From the IMG/VR virus record IMGVR_UViG_2522572160_000003: a stretch of 64,000 bases of DNA. One strand, written 5' to 3'. Origin of the DNA: a virus (Duplodnaviria; Caudoviricetes). Numbering within the stretch: position 1 is the first letter of the stretch; each line of letters begins with the position of its first letter. Below, piece after piece: positions 28,611 to 36,291 of the stretch. The notes beneath the pieces were generated by a model that made no database searches, had not been told where the DNA came from, and saw nothing but the letters and a program-made list of their open reading frames with translations. Made by a program: the position numbers and the translations under genes.

Positions 28611-30436
28611 TTCAATTAAATCCCAAACAAAAGCAGGCCGCCGAATTTGTCTCCGGCATAGCCGCCGTAGTGGCTGTCCCGGGCTCCGGCAAGACGCTCA
28701 CCATGACAACCCGGATCGGCAATCTGGTCCTGCGTCATGGAGTGGCTCCGGAAAGCATCCTGGGGCTGACCTTCACCCGCAACGCCGCCCAGGCCATGCG
28801 GGAAAAATTAAAGCCCATTCTGGAAGATCGCGCATCCCGCGTGACCTTATCAACCATCCATGCATTCTGCCACAACCTGCTCAGGCAGGAAGGCAGAATC
28901 TTCGAGGTGCTTCACGGCAAGGAACAGATGATCCTCTTGAGAAAAATCATGTCCAAGGCCAAGGTGAAAAACCTGCCCACCGGCATGATCCTTCGGGAGA
29001 TCAGCCTGGCTAAAAGCAACCTCGTGAGCGTGGAAGAGTTCGGAGCGCTGTACGAAGGCGACGAGACCATGCAGTCCATCGCCAAGGTATACGCCGCCTA
29101 CGATCTTGAAAAGCAAAAGAAAGGCATACTGGACTTTGACGACCTGTTGACCGAAACCTACCGATTGCTGGAGTCGGACATCGACGTTCTGGAAAAGCAT
29201 CGATCCTCCTACAAGCATGTCTTGGTGGACGAGTTCCAGGACACCAATCCGGCCCAGATGGCGATCCTCAGGCAACTCGTCGGCAAAAAGAACGGAGGCA
29301 GCTTCTGGGTATGCGGAGACGACTGGCAGAGCATCTATGCGTTCACCGGAGCGTCTGTGGGGAACATCCTGAACTTTGACAAGGCCTTCCCCAAGGCCTC
29401 CAGGTACGTGCTTAACACCAACTACCGCTCCACGCCCCAGATCCTGCAAGCCTGCCAAACCCTCATCAACCACAACATCCGAAAAATCGACAAAGCCCTG
29501 GCCACCAACAACAAAGCCGGGGACGGGGTGATTGTGCTGACCTCAGTCAACGAGGAAAACGAAGCAACCCAGGTCGTGAACGAAATCCGCGATCTGGTGG
29601 ATCAGCGCAATTACGCGCTCAAGGACATAGCCGTCCTCTACCGGGCTAACTTTCAATCCCGGGCCATTGAGGAGGCGTTTTCCCAGAACAAGATCCCGTA
29701 CCACATCGAAAAAGGGCACAACTTCTTCCAGAGGTTTGAGGTCAAGGTCTTGCTGGATTATCTCCGGCTGATCAAAGATCCCGATTCGGAAGAAGGAGAC
29801 GAGGCCTTGCGCCAGGTTCTGAACGTGCCCAACCGGTACATCGGCAGAAAATTCATGGCCGACCTGGAGGAGCATTCAGGCAAGAAAGGCGTGCGCATGT
29901 ACGAAGGATTGACCACCATGCGCGTCAGCCCGCCCTATCTGCGAAAAAACGTAGCCGAGTTCCTGGACATCGTGGACCCGCTGGTCGGCTCCAAGCTGGA
30001 GCCTCACGAGATCCTCATGATGTTGCGGGAATCTCTCGATTACGACCAGTTTATAGCAGAGGACGACGTTCCCAGCCCGGACGATTCCAAGCTGGCCAAC
30101 GTGAATCAGTTGCAACTGGTGGCAAGCCGGTATCAGGATATCGGCTCGTTGCTGAACTATGCAGACACCTTCAAGGACGAATTGACCAACGACAAGGACG
30201 GCGTGGCTCTCATGACCATCCATAAATCCAAAGGGCTTGAGTTCCCTGCGGTATTCGTCATCGGCATGGTGGAGGGCATCCTCCCCAACCGAAACGGCGA
30301 TATCGAGGAGGAAAGAAGAATCGCCTTTGTCAGCATGTCCCGAGCCATGCGCCAGCTCTACCTGAGTTGGTCCCAGCATAGCTCCGGCCGGCCTGTCAAA
30401 CGATCATCCTTTATAGAAGAAGCTCTTGGCGAGTAA
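28607..30436 (+). CDS. UvrD/PcrA-family ATP-dependent helicase
   Basis: PGSGKT, LTFTRNAA, LVDEFQDTN, GDDWQSIY, NYRST, TIHKSKGLEF, EERR. Confidence 0.95.
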   Translation: MIQLNPKQKQAAEFVSGIAAVVAVPGSGKTLTMTTRIGNLVLRHGVAPESILGLTFTRNAAQAMREKLKPILEDRASRVTLSTIHAFCHNLLRQEGRIFEVLHGKEQMILLRKIMSKAKVKNLPTGMILREISLAKSNLVSVEEFGALYEGDETMQSIAKVYAAYDLEKQKKGILDFDDLLTETYRLLESDIDVLEKHRSSYKHVLVDEFQDTNPAQMAILRQLVGKKNGGSFWVCGDDWQSIYAFTGASVGNILNFDKAFPKASRYVLNTNYRSTPQILQACQTLINHNIRKIDKALATNNKAGDGVIVLTSVNEENEATQVVNEIRDLVDQRNYALKDIAVLYRANFQSRAIEEAFSQNKIPYHIEKGHNFFQRFEVKVLLDYLRLIKDPDSEEGDEALRQVLNVPNRYIGRKFMADLEEHSGKKGVRMYEGLTTMRVSPPYLRKNVAEFLDIVDPLVGSKLEPHEILMMLRESLDYDQFIAEDDVPSPDDSKLANVNQLQLVASRYQDIGSLLNYADTFKDELTNDKDGVALMTIHKSKGLEFPAVFVIGMVEGILPNRNGDIEEERRIAFVSMSRAMRQLYLSWSQHSSGRPVKRSSFIEEALGE

Positions 30437-30447
30437 TCCATCTAACC

Positions 30448-30475
30448 AGTGCCCGTTCCAAACGGAGCGGGCACT
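30448..30475. terminator. Stem-loop terminator after the helicase gene
   Basis: AGTGCCCGTTCC-aaac-GGAGCGGGCACT. Confidence 0.6.
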
Positions 30476-30600
30476 CCAATAACCCTCTATTTTTTTGTAG
30501 ATTTCATCACCCAAGGAGATAATTTTACCTATACAGTATACCCTTCCTGCAAGAGATTTTAATCTCCCAAAAACTCACATTAACCTTCATATGAAGGTGC

Positions 30601-30813
30601 TCAATGAGCAGAACACACCACCCAAGGAGAATTCGGTCTGCAATTCTCGCCAGCAGGTTCCGATGTATCTGAGAATCTACTATGATAATCCACATAAGGC
30701 CTGCCGGACTCTTTAATACAGGCGTCATAGATCACATAGCCGATTCCAACTACAACAAGAATTCCCAAAGAAGTCGACGCTAAACTTGCCAATAACGCAA
30801 GTCCTTTAAACAT
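30601..30813 (-). CDS. Small protein with an N-terminal hydrophobic segment
   Basis: GAGGTG RBS; 70 aa; directly downstream of the HTH-TPR gene. Confidence 0.6.
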   Translation of the reverse strand: MFKGLALLASLASTSLGILVVVGIGYVIYDACIKESGRPYVDYHSRFSDTSEPAGENCRPNSPWVVCSAH

Positions 30814-30858
30814 TAGAACACCTCATCTATTTGTTATGACTCAAGGTTAAGAAAAAAC

Positions 30859-31947
30859 CTAACTACTCTCATCCGAATTATTAGTCATTAAATCCAGGGT
30901 TTTATCAGGATTCCAGTAATCCTCGAAATCTTCATCCCATAGATAAAAATCTGGATACAGTTCTACCTCATAATTCGTTTTTATTGCAACCTCTTGATCT
31001 ATCACATAAAAGCATCCAATGTCGCCAACTAATTCCTTCACTTTCTCTTCATCAGCTTTTGCCTTTTCCGTTTCAGCCATAATTAGGTAAGTATTTTTTC
31101 TACCAATATACGCAAGTTCAAACGTCATGTCAGCATCTATGGCTATGGAGTAATATTTTATCGCATCGGAATATTTCCGTATTCTTCCAAACAGTGCCGC
31201 AATAAAATATGGAGGAACCGGGTCGTCAGGAGATATTTCCATAGCCCTTTCAAAATGTCTTAAAGCATGTTTCCAAGCATCTTGCTTTTTTTCGAGAAAC
31301 TTAAATCCTAACAACATATGGGATATCTTATCAAAATGAGTTTTTGGAACCTGAAACTTTTTTAAGTATTTTAGCATTCTTCCGTTTGCATTCCCTCGCG
31401 TCATGTACTCATAGAAAACTCTTCCGCGTAGTGAATTGAGGGCTTGCTCTATTTGTTCTTCACCCGACTTAGATTGAGTAGATTTTTCTAACAACATCAA
31501 TAGTTTTTGTATCTCCTCAAGGATGTTTTCAGAGACATCTTTTGTATCTAACACTTGTTTGGCTATTTTGTTGACAATTCCATAACGCCTGATCTCACCT
31601 TCTTTGTCCGCGGGCATGATGCCCTTGTTCAAGTGCTCAAACAGCCCTTTATTTTGCTCAATTTCAATTTTAAAATCTTTTTCCGATACTGCTTTTTTTA
31701 GCCATTCTTCGGGGATCCCAAAATCATTGATTAAAATCTGAATTTTCTCATCTGTAAATTTTCGACGTCCGTTTTCCAGACCTTCCAGATACTTGGGGCT
31801 AGTTGTTAGCTTTTGCCATAGCGGTTCCTGTACAGCCTCGCGGCGGGAGGTGTAATTGCACTCTTCTCTGATAATTCGTAACTTGGCTCCTAAAAGAGCC
31901 CACTCTTTTGGGTCCGATGGACCTGGCATCGGTGTTCTAGGCATCAT
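30859..31947 (-). CDS. XRE-type HTH + TPR transcriptional regulator
   Basis: LGAKLRIIREE...YLEGLENGRR N-terminus; TPR-like 'ALRHFERAMEISPDD', 'AIKYYSIAIDAD'; divergent from xis/int. Confidence 0.7.
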   Translation of the reverse strand: MMPRTPMPGPSDPKEWALLGAKLRIIREECNYTSRREAVQEPLWQKLTTSPKYLEGLENGRRKFTDEKIQILINDFGIPEEWLKKAVSEKDFKIEIEQNKGLFEHLNKGIMPADKEGEIRRYGIVNKIAKQVLDTKDVSENILEEIQKLLMLLEKSTQSKSGEEQIEQALNSLRGRVFYEYMTRGNANGRMLKYLKKFQVPKTHFDKISHMLLGFKFLEKKQDAWKHALRHFERAMEISPDDPVPPYFIAALFGRIRKYSDAIKYYSIAIDADMTFELAYIGRKNTYLIMAETEKAKADEEKVKELVGDIGCFYVIDQEVAIKTNYEVELYPDFYLWDEDFEDYWNPDKTLDLMTNNSDESS

Positions 31948-32797
31948 CCATCCAAAAAATGATTAGGGTAGCATTAAGGTTCTAAAGTAGCATTTAAGTT
32001 CCTTGCTCTAATATCGGGTACGACTGTATACAAATCAACAATAGGTGTCTTGATTAAGACCCATTCCATCTGCCCCCTTATGCAACGGAGAGGCAACGAT
32101 TTAGGATAACAGGAGGACTATATCATGTCAAAGTCGAAAAATGCACACTGCCATAAAGGTTCTATTAAAAGGAACCCTATGCCCAGTAAAGGTGAACAAG
32201 TTGTTGAGCAAATAGCTCAGAGTTCTTTCCCTATTGTCGAAATCTTAGGATTTGGAAAAAGTTACCCGACGATATGGAAAAAGCGTAAGCGATCAGCGGA
32301 AACCGCCATCATTAACGCCATTGATAAGAGCAGGAAAAATGGCGAACACACTCCGCTCTTCCTTGAACACAGACACAAACGAAAAAGACGCCGTGGACCT
32401 AAATGCACAGTTTGGCGAAAGACTGACGCCTAACGATGGAGAGGCCCCACTTGTACGACCATTCATAGTAACTGCGTTACCCGCATAAAGACCCGTTCAA
32501 CTACAGACACGAAGAAAACTTATCAAGGTTTCATTTTTATGGAGGTGTGTATGAAGAATTTAGTGAATTACTGTTTAGCTGCCCCAAACTACATCGATGT
32601 GATGGAACTTCCGTCTATGGAAAAAATTCCAAGGCGTAATTACTCCTTGATGTCTGGAAATCAACAAAAGCAGAAAAGGCGGGACATGGCTAAAGACAGA
32701 AAACGGAAGCCCAAATATAAGAGGCACCCTTAGCGCAATTAGAAGCGGAATTGGTGCGAAACTACCAATCCCTAAAAACAGGATATGCAACATCTAC

Positions 32798-32836
32798 AAC
32801 CCGTGCGGCGAACAAAGCGTTCGTCCCACGGGTTTT
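32798..32836 (+). terminator. Stem-loop with T tail upstream of the excisionase
   Basis: AACCCGTG..GCGAAC-loop-GTTCGT..CACGGGTTTT. Confidence 0.45.
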
Positions 32837-32860
32837 CAATTTATAAGAGCCCATATCGTC

Positions 32861-33184
32861 GTGTCAGGCGTTCCGAAAGGCAGCAAGGAGGTGCAATTGG
32901 AAGAGTTACTGACAGTTAGACAACTGGCAAAGCTAACAGGATACGCAGAGCAAACCGTATACAACAAGGTGTCTAAAGGCGAGTTTATTCTCGGCCGCCA
33001 TTATTACAAACCCACGCGGAAGAAAGTCCTTTTTATAAGAGCAGCCATTCAGGAATGGCTTATCAATGGCAGTACCCATAAAGCACCTGGCCCCAAAAAG
33101 GAATCTGAACAAAGCAAACAAACTGTCGAGGGAACAAAATCGTCCCCCAGAGTTATCCCGCATCAAAGGCGCATCAAGATTTAA
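32861..33184 (+). CDS. Excisionase / AlpA-like HTH (start probably TTG at ~32897)
   Basis: LLTVRQLAKLTGYAEQTVYNKVSKG...KVLFIRAAIQEWL; immediately upstream of the integrase. Confidence 0.8.
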   Translation: MSGVPKGSKEVQLEELLTVRQLAKLTGYAEQTVYNKVSKGEFILGRHYYKPTRKKVLFIRAAIQEWLINGSTHKAPGPKKESEQSKQTVEGTKSSPRVIPHQRRIKI

Positions 33185-33279
33185 CCCAAAGAACTTCCGA
33201 CGGTGATTTCAGCGGCAAGTTCTGGTATAATAGCATGGTGAAATCAGCGAAAGGAGGTGGCATGTGAAAGGATGACTTA

Positions 33280-34602
33280 ATGAGAGAACTACACACGAAT
33301 TCAGCGCAGGTTCTCAGGTTTCCGATAGCGGAAACGCCGAAGCCTAAGAGGTCGGCTCGCAAAGCCGGATTGAACAAGAACAAACAGGGTTCCGTACGAA
33401 ATGTCCACGGCAAGGTTTACGCGGATTTCCCATATTTTGGTGAACGTGTTAGGGAAAACTCTGGCTTATCTTGGTCTGAACAAAATGCAAAAATAGTGCG
33501 AAAGCAACTTGACCGCATTATGCTTGCCATCGATGACGGCACATTCCGTTTTGCAGAAGTATTTCCCGAAAGTAAAAAAGCGGAGTATTTCACTAATCTC
33601 GAAATCAAGCATCTTACCGGTCAGATGACAGCCCACGATTTGTTGATTCGAGACTACGCATGGGAATGGCATCGCCTTAAAGCCTCGACCGGGCGCGTCA
33701 GCGGGAGGACGCTTTTCGAGTATAAGAACTACCTGGAATTGTACATAATCCCTTATTTTGGGGAAATGTCATTCGGGCAACTGAATGCGGTTGTGCTTGA
33801 GGAATTCGTGGCCTGGGCTAAAGAACGGAAGTTAAAAGGGAAAAATATCTCCAATGCTTCGGTAAACAAGTATTTGATTCCACTTAGGATGATATGCAAA
33901 CAGGCTGCCATTAAGTACAACTGGGGAGTACTGTACAATCCGTTCCATGGCTTTAAAAAACTGGAAGAAGGCAGACGCAGAGACCAAGTTGTTCCGCTTT
34001 CGCTCAAGGACATCAGGCAGCTGCTTAAGGTTTTATCCCCTCATTGGCAGCCCTACTTTGAATTCGCTATATGGTCAGGATTGCGCCCAGGCGAGCAGAT
34101 CGCCTTGAAGCCCAGTGATATCGACTGGGAAGGCCAGCGGATTTCCATCCGTAGGGCCATCACCAAGGATGCCGATGGAAAGCGTGTCGAGGGTCCTACA
34201 AAAAACAAGTACAGCCGCAGAACCTTCGACCTGACAGAGCCGATGCTTAAGGCGCTTAGAAGGCAAAAAAAGATATGGGAAGTCTTGAATTGCGAGTACT
34301 TTTTTTGTTCGCCAACCGGTTGCCCGATTAGATTGAATAATCTTCGCAACCAAGTATGGCGCCCAGCTTTAAAAAAGGCCAAGTTGGAACCTCGCGCACT
34401 CAAACAGACCCGGCATACCTTCGCTACAATGGCTATTAGCTGTGGAGAGGATCCAGGATGGATAGCCGACACCATGGGGCATCGCGATTTGGAGATGGTC
34501 ATCAAGGTATACACTCGCTTTGTTAAAGACAACCAAGGAACCGACAATGGCTCCCTCATGGTGCAGATGTATCGGCAGTCACTGGAGAGCGAAAATTGGT
34601 AA
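33280..34602 (+). CDS. int: Tyrosine recombinase / integrase with N-terminal arm-binding domain
   Basis: SGLRPGE, KQTRHTFA, MGH...VY catalytic motifs; DUF3596-like N-terminus. Confidence 0.93.
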   Translation: MRELHTNSAQVLRFPIAETPKPKRSARKAGLNKNKQGSVRNVHGKVYADFPYFGERVRENSGLSWSEQNAKIVRKQLDRIMLAIDDGTFRFAEVFPESKKAEYFTNLEIKHLTGQMTAHDLLIRDYAWEWHRLKASTGRVSGRTLFEYKNYLELYIIPYFGEMSFGQLNAVVLEEFVAWAKERKLKGKNISNASVNKYLIPLRMICKQAAIKYNWGVLYNPFHGFKKLEEGRRRDQVVPLSLKDIRQLLKVLSPHWQPYFEFAIWSGLRPGEQIALKPSDIDWEGQRISIRRAITKDADGKRVEGPTKNKYSRRTFDLTEPMLKALRRQKKIWEVLNCEYFFCSPTGCPIRLNNLRNQVWRPALKKAKLEPRALKQTRHTFATMAISCGEDPGWIADTMGHRDLEMVIKVYTRFVKDNQGTDNGSLMVQMYRQSLESENW

Positions 34603-34605
34603 CGC

Positions 34606-34649
34606 GCGCGAGATTTGGGACTGAATTGCGCTACTTTTGGGACTAAGTG
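34606..34649 (+). repeat. Two tandem 22-bp imperfect repeats, probable transposase-binding sites at the prophage end
   Basis: GCGCGAGATTTGGGACTGAATT / GCGCTACTTTTGGGACTAAGTG, 16/22 identical. Confidence 0.65.
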
Positions 34650-34681
34650 AAACAGTTTTTAACCCGCTTTTACCATTCATT

Positions 34682-34716
34682 AAACCCCCTTTGAATTGGT
34701 TTTCAAAGGGGGTTTT
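34682..34716. terminator. Terminator after the methyltransferase gene
   Basis: AAACCCCCTTTGAA...TTCAAAGGGGGTTT perfect 14-bp stem. Confidence 0.7.
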
Positions 34717-34746
34717 CAACTTGGTTGAAGGACGCTTCCAAACCTA

Positions 34747-35505
34747 CTAAAAATTCCTGATCAGCAGCTCTTTGCCGATGGTGGACTGCTTTTGAGACAC
34801 CGAATACTGGAGCGACACAGTCCCGATCTTGAAGGCCTTGAATATATCCCGCATCTCGGGCGCATCATTGATGCTTAGCAGGAACTTGCCCTTGACGCCC
34901 GCCAGGATATCGGCCATTTCGACATAGTCGGGCTTGGTCAGGTTGTGGTTATAGTAGGGCGCCAGGTAGTAGGGCGGGTCCAGATAAAAGAACGTCTGGG
35001 GCCGGTCGTATCGTTTGACGAAGTCCTGCCACGGCAAATGCTCGATCTGAACCCTGGCCAGCCTCAAGTGGACCTCTGACAGTTCTTCTTCAAACCGGAT
35101 CAGGTTGATCCTTGGGCGCTGTAATGGTCCGCCTCCGAACGTCCTGGCCCTGACCCTGCCTCCAAAGCAAAGCCGTTGCAGATAATAATACCGGGCGGCC
35201 CTCTGGATCTCCGTGAGCCCGCCCGCATCCTGTTGCCTTTTGTAATCCTCGAACCATTCCCTTGAAGACAACAGCCACTTGAACTGCCTTATAAACTCTT
35301 CCAGGTGGTGTTGCAGTATCCTGTAAAAGGCGATCAGGTCGCTGTCCAGGTCGTTGATGGTTTCATACTTGCTTGGTTCCTTGCGGAATAAAACCCAGGC
35401 TGCCCCGGCGAAGACTTCACAATAGGCGTGATGTTGCGGCATCATGCTGATGATGGTTTGGGATAGTTTGCTTTTGCCTCCAATGTAAGCCAACGGGCTG
35501 TTCAT
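34747..35505 (-). CDS. D12-class N6-adenine DNA methyltransferase (Dam-like)
   Basis: YIGGKSKL, EVFAGAAWV, INDLD, YLDPPY; sits where Mu has mom. Confidence 0.95.
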   Translation of the reverse strand: MNSPLAYIGGKSKLSQTIISMMPQHHAYCEVFAGAAWVLFRKEPSKYETINDLDSDLIAFYRILQHHLEEFIRQFKWLLSSREWFEDYKRQQDAGGLTEIQRAARYYYLQRLCFGGRVRARTFGGGPLQRPRINLIRFEEELSEVHLRLARVQIEHLPWQDFVKRYDRPQTFFYLDPPYYLAPYYNHNLTKPDYVEMADILAGVKGKFLLSINDAPEMRDIFKAFKIGTVSLQYSVSQKQSTIGKELLIRNF

Positions 35506-35636
35506 GTGCCCCTCCTTGTGCTATACCCGTATGGCCCGCGCGGGCAAACGGGAGTAGCAGCTTTGCTGTGATCCGATGTTCCAGCATCGGGTCGGTGGAG
35601 GGGTTGCCGCCCCTTCGCCTACTCCTAATCAAGCGA

Positions 35637-35675
35637 GCCCCGCCTACCTTATATATAAGGGGAGGCGGGGTTTTT
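35637..35675. terminator. Stem-loop closing the late operon
   Basis: GCCCCGCCT-accttatatataagg-gg-AGGCGGGGT followed by a T run. Confidence 0.55.
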
Positions 35676-36064
35676 TACTTTGGGTCCGGCAACTTCACCT
35701 TTTTCACGGCCAGATTCCGTTTGCTCCACCCGTCTTTGAGCTTTTCAAAGGCTTCGGGTGTGTAAAGCCGGTAATTATAGACTTCCCACGAGCCTTCATA
35801 GACGTATCCGGCGCGGAATTGCAGCGGGATATATTTGCCGCCACGCACAACAACGGCTTGGCAATGGCGGCGGCCGTCCTTGTCGTAGCCGTCCGCGATC
35901 ATCACGGTTTCGCCCGTCGCATAGTTGACAACATCGGCGTTGCGCGGGGCCTCATTCCGGCACCATGTTTTATAAATCCTGGTGGAGCCGCATCCGCCCC
36001 ACATCATGCAGCCGATTGCCACGGCCAGGATGATCGCCATGGCTTCGAGGGTCCGGTTCTTCAT
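35675..36064 (-). CDS. Putative phage lipoprotein
   Basis: Hydrophobic leader ending WGGC; ATGA overlap with the upstream gene. Confidence 0.55.
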   Translation of the reverse strand: MKNRTLEAMAIILAVAIGCMMWGGCGSTRIYKTWCRNEAPRNADVVNYATGETVMIADGYDKDGRRHCQAVVVRGGKYIPLQFRAGYVYEGSWEVYNYRLYTPEAFEKLKDGWSKRNLAVKKVKLPDPK

Positions 36065-36282
36065 TCGCAATCCTCCCATGGGACGTTCCCCTTATTTTCG
36101 ATCAATTCAAAACGCGGATCTGCGGCAAGGGCCGCGATGGCTTCCGGGGCGGCCTCGATCCACACAAGATCCGGGCCTGCCTTGGATGCGGAATGGCCGC
36201 ACTCGACTTGCGATCCGTCCGCAAGGGTGAAATCGGTCCTACTGCCATCCAGAACCCGAAATAGTGCTTTGCTCGTCTCCAT
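36061..36282 (-). CDS. Small tail-associated hypothetical protein
   Basis: AAGGAG RBS; follows the fibre gene. Confidence 0.6.
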   Translation of the reverse strand: METSKALFRVLDGSRTDFTLADGSQVECGHSASKAGPDLVWIEAAPEAIAALAADPRFELIENKGNVPWEDCE

Positions 36283-36291
36283 GATCGCTCC

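Larger units (their letters stand above)
1..34602. mobile_element. Integrative genomic island / ICE-like element, right arm (left end outside window)
   Basis: Ends in a regulator-xis-tyrosine integrase module; mosaic of AT-rich and GC-rich blocks; SSB/annealase/exonuclease/UvrD module; IS remnant; no housekeeping genes. Left boundary not visible. Confidence 0.7.

Noticed and set aside
32125-32793. Short ORFs between the regulator and xis
   Set aside because: Overlapping basic ORFs with no recognisable family; one or two may be real (RBS at ~32110 and ~32540) but cannot be supported.
34603-34746. tRNA or attachment site next to the integrase
   Set aside because: No cloverleaf or CCA end visible; the sequence fits a Mu end plus terminator. 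No tRNA or rRNA was noticed anywhere in the window.
35417-35632. com-like translational activator ORF
   Set aside because: The 71-aa ORF has no CxxC zinc-ribbon motifs; it is the structured leader read in frame.
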